Below, piece by piece: positions 26,280-35,055 of a stretch of 64,000 nucleotides of DNA. A model generated the notes under the pieces. It did not search any database and was not told the DNA's origin. It was given only the letters and a program-made list of their open reading frames with translations. Position numbers and translations under genes: made by a program. The DNA lies in the sequence record MK573636. One strand, 5' to 3'. This DNA comes from Escherichia phage vB_EcoM_PHB13. Position 1 is the first letter of the stretch, and every line of letters begins with the position of its first letter.

Positions 26280-27027
26280 TATTTGCCTCTTTTACGTCTT
26301 TCTCGACCAGTGTCAGCGCAATGTTTCTCTCAATCGGTAACATATCCATAAGATCACTGATAGAATAATTTGATTTTGCCAATAGATGGTTTATTCGATA
26401 AAAGATGAATAACTCATCTGGATTCAACAACAATTTGAATAATGGAAGAAGACCTATGTATTTCAGGTCATGACTTTCACAACAAGATATCTTTTGTTCG
26501 ATCTTGATTGTGTGCATCTGCTTAACAACTTCTTCAAATTCAGCAAATGAGATTGAATCGATAACCTGTTCTCTAACTTCTTCCGGTAATTCAGTCCATA
26601 GATAATCATTAATACCATCAGATACACGCTCTATCGCATCCAGAAACGTTTTTGCATAGTCGGTTGATGGTTTAACATACCGGAAAGTTATTTTAAGCCC
26701 TGCGGCCTCTAGAACGATTGGTTTTAGTGCTTCAATCTGTAAGTTAAGCAACATTTTTCTTTCTTTGTTGCAAGTCGGGCAAGTAAAGCAAAGCGGTATC
26801 TTTGTTTTACCTATTGAGCTAGTAAAAACGTTCAGGAAAATATATTCACGAAATGCAGGGTCTACGTCTGGATATATTTCTTCTAGTAGCTCATCCAGGA
26901 TAGTTTGTTCTTCTTCTGGATTCATCTTAATTTCAGTTGACACCAGAAGGAAATCTCTGTAATCTTTAACAGTGAAAGGTTTAAATCGCTGTACACCTTC
27001 CGGTAGTTTTATTCGGATAATATTCAT
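26257..27027 (-). CDS. 51: baseplate hub assembly protein
   Basis: 256 aa (T4 gp51 about 249); synteny; divergent from gene 26. Confidence 0.55.
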   Translation of the reverse strand: MNIIRIKLPEGVQRFKPFTVKDYRDFLLVSTEIKMNPEEEQTILDELLEEIYPDVDPAFREYIFLNVFTSSIGKTKIPLCFTCPTCNKERKMLLNLQIEALKPIVLEAAGLKITFRYVKPSTDYAKTFLDAIERVSDGINDYLWTELPEEVREQVIDSISFAEFEEVVKQMHTIKIEQKISCCESHDLKYIGLLPLFKLLLNPDELFIFYRINHLLAKSNYSISDLMDMLPIERNIALTLVEKDVKEANNAKNGVS

Positions 27028-27047
27028 GGTATAATCCCCCTTTCGGG

Positions 27048-27055
27048 TATTTATA
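27048..27055 (-). promoter_or_regulatory. T4-type late promoter
   Basis: Exact TATAAATA on minus strand about 21 nt upstream of gene 51 ATG. Confidence 0.55.
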
Positions 27056-27097
27056 AAATACTAAATAATTCTATGTGTTTATAAAGGGTGTTTTATT

Positions 27098-27727
27098 ATG
27101 CAATACTTTTTCAAGATCCAATTAGGCGAAAAGTTGATACACGCCCGTGCTTTCACCTTCGGCGAATTTCAAAAACTGGTAGCAGCAAAAGAGACTGGCA
27201 AGCTGTCAGAGGTTGTTATAGAGATCATACATGAATGTACGGGGATCAATGCATTAGAGCTAGAGAAATGCGAAGCAGAATATATTTTTCTTCTCTTATG
27301 GTGTCACAGCCTCAATAAGATGAAAATTGATGCTACTTGGGTATGTGGTGTATGCAATAAAGAGAAAGTATATTCTCTTGATGTTTCACGCACACAGATA
27401 CCAGAAGTTGAACCGTATATTCTGGACTTAGGTCAAATAAAAATTAAATTTCGTCAACCTAAGTTTACAGAAGATGTTGATATTATGCAGATGGTAATTG
27501 CATGTATCGAATATATCGTGATCGGCGATCAGCAATTCAATATAGACGACCTGAACGCACAGGACTTTGACCGTGTGCTGGATATGCTTACCACGGATAA
27601 AGTGGAAGAAGTGATCGACGAGCTAACAAGAAATCAAATCACGCTGGCAGTACCGATCAAATGCGAATGCGGGGAATCTGGTGTATATTCATTATCAGGT
27701 CTATCCAGTTTCCTTAAAATTCTTTGA
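27098..27727 (+). CDS. 26: baseplate hub subunit
   Basis: 209 aa (T4 gp26 about 208); divergent from 51 and upstream of 25 as in T4. Confidence 0.55.
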   Translation: MQYFFKIQLGEKLIHARAFTFGEFQKLVAAKETGKLSEVVIEIIHECTGINALELEKCEAEYIFLLLWCHSLNKMKIDATWVCGVCNKEKVYSLDVSRTQIPEVEPYILDLGQIKIKFRQPKFTEDVDIMQMVIACIEYIVIGDQQFNIDDLNAQDFDRVLDMLTTDKVEEVIDELTRNQITLAVPIKCECGESGVYSLSGLSSFLKIL

Positions 27728-27735
27728 GGTATAAC

Positions 27736-28122
27736 ATGGCAACTATTAATCAGATGTATACTGATTTGGATCTCAATATATCCAGATCGTGGAATAACGA
27801 CGTTAAAAAGAACATAGGGATTAAAGCGGTTAAGGATTCTATTCTACTGATCGTAACTACTCGCAAAGGATCTCGTCCATTTGATCCACTGTTTGGATGC
27901 GATCTCAATAAATCACTGTTTGAGAACATGAACCCACTGACAGTGGATACCTTATCAAAAAACATTAATGAGGCGATCCGAAACTATGAACCACGGGTCC
28001 GAAACCTGACAGTAGAAGTAACTCCGCAGTACGACGATAACTCAATCATAGTATCAATCTACTTTTCAGTAATAGATAACCCGGATGATCTTGAACAACT
28101 ACGCATAAGACTTGCAAAGTGA
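27736..28122 (+). CDS. 25: baseplate wedge subunit gp25
   Basis: TTRKGSRPFDP.FGCDL...LFENM.PLT.DT...NI..A.RNYEPR ... FSVIDNPDD.EQ matches T4 gp25 nearly residue for residue; ORF track start 27724 is TTG, ATG at 27736. Confidence 0.9.
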   Translation: MATINQMYTDLDLNISRSWNNDVKKNIGIKAVKDSILLIVTTRKGSRPFDPLFGCDLNKSLFENMNPLTVDTLSKNINEAIRNYEPRVRNLTVEVTPQYDDNSIIVSIYFSVIDNPDDLEQLRIRLAK

Positions 28123-28169
28123 TTTTGTGTGTGATATGATATAGGTCTTAGTGTGAATAAGGGGATATT

Positions 28170-28577
28170 ATGGACCTAAACGATTTGAAAGAACAATTAG
28201 AAGCTGACATGAAGATCGATGCGACTAAGTTGCAATGGGAGGCGCTGAATAATCCGGTAGTATACTCAAAGTGGTTAAGGATTTACAGCGAGGCAAAGCG
28301 AGAGACGATTGCACTTGAGGCTAAAAAGAAAAAGGCTATGAAAAATCGTCTTGATTTTTATACTAACCGTAGTGATGACTGGTGTCGCGCAGAGTACGAG
28401 AAATCAGAATTGAAAGTTGTCATGGCAGCAGATGACGAGATCTTGCCACTTGATACGAAAATTGCATATTACCAGATGGTAATGGATTTCGCTGGTCGCG
28501 CACTTGATATCGTTAAATCTCGTGGATTTGCGATCAAGAATGCTATAGAATTGCGTATGCTGGAATCTGGTCGCTAA
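28170..28577 (+). CDS. uvsY: recombination mediator UvsY
   Basis: 135 aa; KLQWEALNNPVVYSKWL and ALDIVKSRGFAIKNAIELRM resemble T4 UvsY. Confidence 0.8.
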   Translation: MDLNDLKEQLEADMKIDATKLQWEALNNPVVYSKWLRIYSEAKRETIALEAKKKKAMKNRLDFYTNRSDDWCRAEYEKSELKVVMAADDEILPLDTKIAYYQMVMDFAGRALDIVKSRGFAIKNAIELRMLESGR

Positions 28578-28597
28578 ATACATACAGGAGGAATTTT

Positions 28598-28774
28598 ATG
28601 AAAATCTGTATTTGTTGTAAACAACCTGTCGAGGATGCGTTAGCCGTCCAGACAGAAAACGGCGTTGTTCACACTGGCTACTGCTTACAGCTAGTAACAG
28701 AACGTTCGATTAGTGAAGATGCGAACGGCGAAGAACAAGAACAACTCGTAGAGCAAACAATGCTGTTAATGTAA
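28598..28774 (+). CDS. small cysteine-rich protein, 58 aa, not in ORF track
   Basis: AGGAGG site then ATG; MKICICCKQP...GYCLQ. Confidence 0.4.
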   Translation: MKICICCKQPVEDALAVQTENGVVHTGYCLQLVTERSISEDANGEEQEQLVEQTMLLM

Positions 28775-28807
28775 TTTGTTGATAACCGATTTTAATTGGT
28801 TTATTTT

Positions 28808-28832
28808 GCCCCATCATTGATGGGGCTTTTTT
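28808..28832 (+). terminator. rho-independent terminator
   Basis: GCCCCATCATTGATGGGGC hairpin followed by TTTTTT. Confidence 0.65.
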
Positions 28833-28837
28833 ATATC

Positions 28838-29074
28838 TTAAAAATCCTCTTCTGGCTCCTCTTCTGGCTCGTTGTCGGCCTCCAATTGCTTACGGCGTCC
28901 AGCGATGGCATCACGGATCGAAATATCATCAGCAGGTTTCAATTCTGTTTCTTTCTTGCGCTTCTCATAATATGCCTCAAGTTCATTTAATCCCTCGATA
29001 GTATTACAAGAATAAATCTTACTCATGAAACCGTCAATAGCGGCCTCAACCAAAAAACGTTTAAAGCTAATCAT
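28838..29074 (-). CDS. uvsW.1: UvsW.1 small helicase-associated protein
   Basis: 78 aa; FKRFLVEAAIDGF...KIYSCNT resembles T4 UvsW.1; immediately downstream of uvsW. Confidence 0.65.
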   Translation of the reverse strand: MISFKRFLVEAAIDGFMSKIYSCNTIEGLNELEAYYEKRKKETELKPADDISIRDAIAGRRKQLEADNEPEEEPEEDF

Positions 29075-29117
29075 TTTTAATCTCCGTAGAATAAAGGGGC
29101 ATTAAAGCCCCTATTTA

Positions 29118-30620
29118 TTAAATCTCGATGGTTTTCGTGACATATTCGAATCGATCGGTGTTGTAAATTTTTATTCTTTCAAGGGCATGTTTAAGAGCAT
29201 AATTAAGGTGACTAAACTGTTTCTTAGCATTCTTGCTCTTTGTCTTCACCGCCAGATGATCTATAAGATCCCAGACCGTTGCAATATCCTTAGAACCATG
29301 TTTACGCAATGCACGACCGATACTCTGACGAACGATAGTTGATTCCTTCACTGGATGACCGAAAATAACATGGTGCAAATTCTTAATTGAAACACCAGTA
29401 GAGAACACACCATAGGATGCAACACAAATGATCCCGGTGTCACCCTCCGCCATTTTCTTAAATTCATCACGTTCTTCTGTCTTAACTCCACCGTCAATAT
29501 AATAAACCTTGTCGTGTACCTTCTGTAACGCGTCATACATAAGTTTTCCGTGCTTAGTATTGCGGAACATCAGGAATACGTTTTCTCCCTTCTTAGCGAG
29601 TTTTAGCGCCAAATTGCAAGCAAACTTATTACGTCGTGGGTTAGATGTAATATACTTGATCTCTTCCGCATATTCTCTCCCCTTAACCGCGCTACATTCC
29701 TCATCGGTATAACGAAGGAAAAGACAGTTAATTTTCAGTTTTGTCACTTGCCCTTCTTCCATCAGGCGGTCAATACTCACGATCTTAGAAATATCACCGA
29801 AAAGCCCGACATACTGCATCATGTTAGCTTTCCCGTCACGAGGGGAACCAGTCATACCGATCTTAAATTGGCAATGATCCATATCAGTAACGATGTTTAG
29901 CAGGTTTTTAGCAGTGGCTTTGTGACATTCGTCAACAATAACCATCCCAAATTGCTGGAACCACTCACGAGGTTGTTTACATGCAGATTGCCACGTACTA
30001 ACAACGATCAGGCGATCACCTACGTGTTTACTAGTACCGCTCATGATAGTATGAATTGCTTCATAAGGAAACTGGCGATAATCAACAAAGTCATCACGCA
30101 TTTGCAGCACTAGCGACGTGGTAGGAACGATGATCAACACTTTCCCTTCGTAGTTCTCTAAGTACCAACGAGACAACATACAAGCAATCGCAGATTTACC
30201 AGCGGACGTAGGCAAAACTAACATACGGCGTTTATGATGAATACCTTCAAAGACGGCCTTTGATTGATACCAATGAGGGGTGATCCTGTTATCACCGGAA
30301 TATAATTCTAAGTCATTACACCATTTTGTAATTTCTTCTTCTGTAACTTGTTCTTTTTCGAATAAGCGAGGATCTACCCATACGCTATAGCCCATATTTT
30401 TAGCGAAGATTCCCACGGTTTTAGTTAGGCCGATTGGCAGCTTTCCGTTGTAATCTAAAAGACGAATACGCCCATCCCATCCACCATACTTAAATCTTTT
30501 TTGAAACCGCGCTCCCTCGACTTCAAAACTAAAATAATCTCGCATTTCTAATAAAATTGAATCGCTACATTCAATTTGAACATGGGAGTAGTTCAGAAAG
30601 TGAATTTTAATATCTTGCAT
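29118..30620 (-). CDS. uvsW: SF2 DNA helicase UvsW
   Basis: Walker A LVLPTSAGKS, DExH-box VIVDECH, helicase motif VI; N-terminus MQDIKIHF parallels T4 UvsW; ORF track start 30635 is GTG. Confidence 0.85.
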   Translation of the reverse strand: MQDIKIHFLNYSHVQIECSDSILLEMRDYFSFEVEGARFQKRFKYGGWDGRIRLLDYNGKLPIGLTKTVGIFAKNMGYSVWVDPRLFEKEQVTEEEITKWCNDLELYSGDNRITPHWYQSKAVFEGIHHKRRMLVLPTSAGKSAIACMLSRWYLENYEGKVLIIVPTTSLVLQMRDDFVDYRQFPYEAIHTIMSGTSKHVGDRLIVVSTWQSACKQPREWFQQFGMVIVDECHKATAKNLLNIVTDMDHCQFKIGMTGSPRDGKANMMQYVGLFGDISKIVSIDRLMEEGQVTKLKINCLFLRYTDEECSAVKGREYAEEIKYITSNPRRNKFACNLALKLAKKGENVFLMFRNTKHGKLMYDALQKVHDKVYYIDGGVKTEERDEFKKMAEGDTGIICVASYGVFSTGVSIKNLHHVIFGHPVKESTIVRQSIGRALRKHGSKDIATVWDLIDHLAVKTKSKNAKKQFSHLNYALKHALERIKIYNTDRFEYVTKTIEI

Positions 30621-30656
30621 AGCGAATAGCCTCACTCAATAAATACAGTATACAAA

Positions 30657-30664
30657 TATTTATA
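30657..30664 (-). promoter_or_regulatory. T4-type late promoter
   Basis: Exact TATAAATA on minus strand about 37 nt upstream of uvsW ATG. Confidence 0.55.
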
Positions 30665-30690
30665 CAAACACCCCCAATCAGGAGAATAAC

Positions 30691-31416
30691 ATGTTTGATA
30701 AAGAATATTTCGAAGAACTCCGCGCTATTGCGGCGTCCGACGACAAAGAAGCACAGAAAACCGCTAAAACAGAATTAGCGGACTACGCGAAACAATTTGA
30801 TATTAAGGTCAAAAAGACGTTCTCACTAGAGAACATGATCGAGTTCGTAGAAACCGAATTAACTAAACTGGCTTCCGAAATGGAAGAAGAAACTCCGGCA
30901 GAAGGAACCAGTATTAACGATCTTATTCTGGCAGCAGACACCGCAGATGATAAAGTGGTATTCGACGAAGTTGATCCGTCTCTGGTTGAAGCAATGAAAG
31001 AACCTGAGATCGTCATTGAAGAAACAAAAGAAGAATCTCCAGCAGTTGAACCAGTGGTCGAAGAAGTTAAGTCAGATGTTGAAGAAGCACCGGAAGTTAA
31101 AGTGGAATCTCCGGTAGCCAACATTTTCTCTAACGAAGCAGAGCATCGTTCCCCAGCACATGACACTGATTCATTTTGCGATCTTACCGGCTTCCGTCCG
31201 ACCATTTGCTTGATCGGTGGCGGTCGTGGTTACTACTCCTGCCCGTGGTGGATTTTCGACTGGATCGTTAATACTCCAGATTGGAAGAAGTATCCAGAGC
31301 GTTTCCCGCACGCGTATGTACACGACACCCTCAAGTCACTGATCTATTATATCAAACGCGATGGGTCTGTCAAGGTGCGAGAGACTAAACATAGCCAATT
31401 CCACACACTCAAGTAA
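30691..31416 (+). CDS. acidic protein with Hoc-like C-terminal domain (possibly Inh-like)
   Basis: C-terminal CPWWIFDWIVN ... YYIKRDG parallels the Hoc C-terminal GWWVFDEIVKF block; sits at the T4 inh position. Confidence 0.45.
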   Translation: MFDKEYFEELRAIAASDDKEAQKTAKTELADYAKQFDIKVKKTFSLENMIEFVETELTKLASEMEEETPAEGTSINDLILAADTADDKVVFDEVDPSLVEAMKEPEIVIEETKEESPAVEPVVEEVKSDVEEAPEVKVESPVANIFSNEAEHRSPAHDTDSFCDLTGFRPTICLIGGGRGYYSCPWWIFDWIVNTPDWKKYPERFPHAYVHDTLKSLIYYIKRDGSVKVRETKHSQFHTLK

Positions 31417-31681
31417 TTTTTGGGTGATAAAAGTTGTGAAATATTTGTTATACTTTTAATTGTAGTTCCGTTATGCAATTAAAAAGAGGATACTACATGT
31501 CTAACAAAATCAATGTATTACATCAAACAGAACAAATACCCAGACGAGATCGATACTATTTCGGCCTCGTTGCATCACTATTCTAATACTCATGTATTGG
31601 AATCTCGCAATGGTTATCTGGTTGATGACAATCAACTATTTCAATTAATTAAATTCGGATTTTCGATGGGAGTGGCTTTAT

Positions 31682-32896
31682 ATGGCTTTCACAGTATCAA
31701 TACAATCTAACAAAAGATGTTTTCTTGCTGGAGATGGTTTCACCTTAACGGCGACTGTAGCGGGTGACGAACCATTACCCAGCAATTTGACATATACATG
31801 GACAAAAGACGACCAACCGCATGAAAATAGCACAGCTACGCTAACTGTAGCAGACGCAACAAGTGAAAATGCGGGTAGCTATAAAGTAACGGTACAAGAT
31901 ACCGATACGACGGAATCAGTAGAATCTGAAGTTTTCCTCATGGAAGAAGCTGAATTAATCGTAAATATCACCGAACCGCAGCATTTCTACGTATCATCAC
32001 AAAAAGACGTAGAATTACATGCAACAGTAAATTTTTCTGGTGGGAAGACCCCAGCAGACAACTATGAACTACATTATAGTTGGAGTAAGGGCGAAGACGT
32101 TATAGACACAAAACAGGATATTACAATCCAAGAATTTACAGCAGATAAAAACGGCGTGTATACTGTAAAAGTGTGGGGTGAGTCGGAAGATTCAGCCGCT
32201 AGCGCATCGACTAAAATCATGCTGGCAACAATGAACGTAGATCAGGATGTGGTGGAATCAAAGACCGTGGCACTAGGTAATGAGATCTTACTTAATTATG
32301 TTGTGTCAGAGGACATTGTAGGCGATTCTAGCGGTATGCCTAATTTGACGATCAAATATAACTGGTATTTGCAGCGCGAAGGGCAACCGTCACCGACTCT
32401 AATCGGTAGTGAGGTCGGCGAAGCACTGGAAGGATTTTCTATCATGCCAGACGGTCATCTGTTCAAAGAGAGTGCTACTTACGATGACACAGCCAAATTC
32501 TGGTGTGTTGCTAAACTATATCAACAGATCGAAGATGAAACAGTAGAAGTTGCAGCAAGTACAAGCCGAAAATGTTCAATGGAAGTTGTTAAAATGTTTC
32601 GTTACGTACACCCGATCCCGTGGCGCAAAACTTCATTTATCTACATTGGATGGTGGGTATTTGACGAGATTGTTAAATTCAATGAGGCTGGGTTAGAGTG
32701 GCGTGATCGAGAAGTTTATTCAACCAGCAAGTACGCCAAAGATCTGGAGACAATCGCGGCAGCGGAAGAAAAATATAGTGATTGCACTTGCATGGAATCT
32801 CGCAATGGTTTCATGTATCATTCCAAAGAGTTACATAAACTGGACCGAGATACGTTAGAGCGAGTTCTACGCATTCGTGAAACGCATCCTGCTTAA
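31682..32896 (+). CDS. hoc: highly immunogenic outer capsid protein Hoc
   Basis: Ig-like repeats (TATVAGDEPL...TYTWTKDDQP...SYKVTV) plus C-terminal YVHPIPWRKTSFIYIGWWVFDEI ... ESRNG matching T4 Hoc capsid-binding domain as recalled. Confidence 0.75.
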   Translation: MAFTVSIQSNKRCFLAGDGFTLTATVAGDEPLPSNLTYTWTKDDQPHENSTATLTVADATSENAGSYKVTVQDTDTTESVESEVFLMEEAELIVNITEPQHFYVSSQKDVELHATVNFSGGKTPADNYELHYSWSKGEDVIDTKQDITIQEFTADKNGVYTVKVWGESEDSAASASTKIMLATMNVDQDVVESKTVALGNEILLNYVVSEDIVGDSSGMPNLTIKYNWYLQREGQPSPTLIGSEVGEALEGFSIMPDGHLFKESATYDDTAKFWCVAKLYQQIEDETVEVAASTSRKCSMEVVKMFRYVHPIPWRKTSFIYIGWWVFDEIVKFNEAGLEWRDREVYSTSKYAKDLETIAAAEEKYSDCTCMESRNGFMYHSKELHKLDRDTLERVLRIRETHPA

Positions 32897-32907
32897 TGAA
32901 ATCTATC

Positions 32908-32938
32908 AGCCATCCTTCGGGGTGGCTTTTTTGTTTTT
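32908..32938 (+). terminator. rho-independent terminator
   Basis: AGCCATCCTTCGGGGTGGCT hairpin followed by TTTTTTGTTTTT. Confidence 0.7.
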
Positions 32939-32943
32939 AGTGC

Positions 32944-32971
32944 TTGACAGAGCGATTTAGATGCCTATAAT
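32944..32971 (+). promoter_or_regulatory. sigma70-like promoter
   Basis: TTGACA, 16-bp spacer, TATAAT. Confidence 0.55.
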
Positions 32972-33097
32972 GGCACGCATCGACATGCTACTGTCATAGT
33001 GAGGCGAAGAAAATATTATGAATATGGGGTTGAAAATGGCTTTAATAACTGTTACTGTCCTATTCGTTGTTGTGTTTATGAATGTATGAGGTGAAGT

Positions 33098-33295
33098 ATG
33101 AATGAGATTGTACGATTGATCAAAGAAGCACCAATCGAGATGTATTTTCTGGCTTTGGTTGCAACAATGGTCTATCAGCTAGTCGCATGTCATGTGTGGA
33201 AGTCGGAAAATGCGTTTATCCGGTTTTTTGGTACTGTCATGATCCAGTTTCCGGTACTGATCACTATCCTGTTAATCGTCAATGGGGCGAAGTGA
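33098..33295 (+). CDS. small membrane protein
   Basis: 65 aa with two hydrophobic helices; GAGGTG site. Confidence 0.45.
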   Translation: MNEIVRLIKEAPIEMYFLALVATMVYQLVACHVWKSENAFIRFFGTVMIQFPVLITILLIVNGAK

Positions 33296-33570
33296 TGGAC
33301 AAGAAAACAGCGTTAATGGTTTACATGCTACGCGAAGACCACGGTCTTAATTTTGTTGATATTGCTAAAAAGATTGGCGGGATCAGCGGACAAGATGCGG
33401 CTAAGGCATGGTTGATGGTAAAAGATGCACGCGAGGCTTACGCCAGCCGTGAAAAGGTTGTTTATCGTAAACACCACATCAACAAAAAATTTAAAAATAA
33501 AGTTCAAAAACGTGTTGACAAGCCAAATAACACTGTTATAATGGACGCATTCAAACGGGCAATGTCCTGA
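33295..33570 (+). CDS. hypothetical protein, possible helix-turn-helix
   Basis: ATG overlaps upstream TGA (GTGATGG); ORF track start 33187 rejected because it overlaps the 33098 gene. Confidence 0.4.
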   Translation: MDKKTALMVYMLREDHGLNFVDIAKKIGGISGQDAAKAWLMVKDAREAYASREKVVYRKHHINKKFKNKVQKRVDKPNNTVIMDAFKRAMS

Positions 33571-33616
33571 TTTGTAATTAATATTCTGAATAACTAATCA
33601 ATAGAGGTGACTAATT

Positions 33617-34054
33617 ATGAAATTCCGTAAAAACCACGTAGCAATGAAAAAGGCAATGTTCGAAGCATTCAAAGCAGTTGATCAGGGCGGTGTTACTCTG
33701 ATTGAGCAAATTAATGTTGATGTTTGGCAATCTCCGGCGATCACCTGCTCCCGTCTTGCTACGGCTGGACTTCTGAAAGTTCACAGCTCTACCGCATACG
33801 ACGAAGCATTGCAAGTTATTAAGGCTTTTTCTGGAGACGTTACCAGCAAGTTGGTCTATGAGAATAAAGGTGAAATTGCGGTTGCTCACGTAGGCAACAA
33901 TATCCAGATGGAGATCAAGATTAAGGAAGGGTCTAAACGCAATCAGATGCTTGTTCGCTTCCAACCATACAAAACTAACGTAGTGCCGGATGATCTGATC
34001 ATCTCTAAGAGTAATGTTACCATTCGCCGAAATCAGATCGTTATCAACAAATAA
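33617..34054 (+). CDS. hypothetical protein
   Basis: 145 aa; GAGGTG site; followed by a strong terminator. Confidence 0.5.
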   Translation: MKFRKNHVAMKKAMFEAFKAVDQGGVTLIEQINVDVWQSPAITCSRLATAGLLKVHSSTAYDEALQVIKAFSGDVTSKLVYENKGEIAVAHVGNNIQMEIKIKEGSKRNQMLVRFQPYKTNVVPDDLIISKSNVTIRRNQIVINK

Positions 34055-34062
34055 TTAACATT

Positions 34063-34088
34063 AGCCGTCCTTCTGGGCGGCTTTTTTG
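34063..34088 (+). terminator. rho-independent terminator
   Basis: AGCCGTCCTTCTGGGCGGCT hairpin followed by TTTTTTG. Confidence 0.7.
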
Positions 34089-34111
34089 TATCTGTTATCA
34101 ACATAATTTTA

Positions 34112-34325
34112 GTTTACATGTGCACAATATTAATACTGTTTGATTAAATTGTGACCAAAACGAAGAAAGATCTTTAGAACATAGAAAATGTATCTTTGGT
34201 TAATTATTAATCACTACATATTGTAACACAAATGTTATACTCCGTAGGAGTTCGCGAAGCGATATCCTTTTGTGTAGTTTTTACATATATGATTAAATTA
34301 TGAACAAAACGAAGACTTATCTTAT
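34112..34325. repeat. imperfect direct repeat pair in AT-rich intergenic region
   Basis: GATTAAATTGTGACCAAAACGAAGAAAGATCTT (about 34142) and GATTAAATTATGAACAAAACGAAGACTTATCTT (about 34291), each preceded by TTTACAT. Confidence 0.5.
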
Positions 34326-34467
34326 AGAATAATAAAAATTTGTTTCGAACATTTATTAATCAATTACTGGAAGTGTTTTAATGCTCGCTGTGCTCGCTTC
34401 CGCTACGCGGATACTTGTATTTGTTATTAACTTGTAGTATGATATTGCTTTCTATGGAGGAAATATT

Positions 34468-35055
34468 ATGTTTGACCAGTTACAAGATCTATTTGGAGTA
34501 AAACCACTTCGTAGATGTGCTCTTATAGGCTCTAGAAAAGCGCCTAACGACATTTTGATAATGGCTAGTACCATTGGGAGGGTATTGTCAGAAAATCGCG
34601 TTGTAGCGCATTCTGGAGGGGCTTACGGTATGGACAATGCTTTCATGAAGTATTACGACCCAGATTATAGAAAAATTTTCATTCCAAATTGGAAGTTTTA
34701 CGATCATAAGCATAATGGTCGTGATGTGATTGCGTGGCAGACTCTAGAGCAAAAGAATCTGGCGATGGATGAATTAGAACACGTTTATGATAATCCTCGT
34801 TCTATACCGTTATACATGCAAAATCTGTTTTCTAGAAATGTTGCTCAAGTCTTAGGTGAGACACTTGATGATCCTGTAGATTGTGTGTTATTTTGGGCGA
34901 AAGAAGTTAATGGAATCGTTTCGGGAGGAACTCGAATTGCTGTCTATATTGCTCGTAGACATGGGATACCATGTTTTAACTTATATCATCAAGAAAATAG
35001 ATCCGCCGTCGAAAAAATATTGGGCGGATCTGACTTGTCTTGGTTAGATATTTAG
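34468..35055 (+). CDS. SLOG / DprA-like Rossmann-fold protein
   Basis: ALIGSRKAPND ... VVAHSGGAYGMDNAF resembles the DprA/Smf GxR and SG-x-GxD blocks; occupies the T4 rnlB position next to gene 24. Confidence 0.45.
   Translation: MFDQLQDLFGVKPLRRCALIGSRKAPNDILIMASTIGRVLSENRVVAHSGGAYGMDNAFMKYYDPDYRKIFIPNWKFYDHKHNGRDVIAWQTLEQKNLAMDELEHVYDNPRSIPLYMQNLFSRNVAQVLGETLDDPVDCVLFWAKEVNGIVSGGTRIAVYIARRHGIPCFNLYHQENRSAVEKILGGSDLSWLDI

Noticed and set aside
27061-27097. Plus-strand late promoter for gene 26 in the divergent 51/26 intergenic region
   Set aside because: Only near-matches (TATAAAAT, TATAAAGG) occur on the plus strand; the exact TATAAATA is on the minus strand and serves gene 51. Left unannotated.
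27724-27735. ORF-track start codons that are TTG or GTG (27724, 5594, 5917, 12414, 7591, 30635, 48295) and N-terminal extensions running through promoters (11438, 13503, 17095, 11089, 16536, 33187, 36345)
   Set aside because: In each case an in-frame ATG with a ribosome-binding site lies a few codons downstream and matches the T4 homolog's N-terminus where one is known, so the shorter ATG-initiated models were used.
31513-31710. ORF 31513..31710 as an independent protein-coding gene
   Set aside because: It has no ribosome-binding site at its ATG and overlaps the hoc start, so it is not annotated as a CDS. It is kept as a finding because it is in frame with the upstream gene and carries a Hoc-like ESRNG motif.
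34089-34467. Possible tRNA or small RNA gene in the long AT-rich spacer, and likewise in 36705..37034
   Set aside because: No segment shows the acceptor-stem and anticodon-stem pairing or the conserved T-loop of a tRNA; only direct repeats and terminator hairpins were seen. A small RNA cannot be excluded without expression data.
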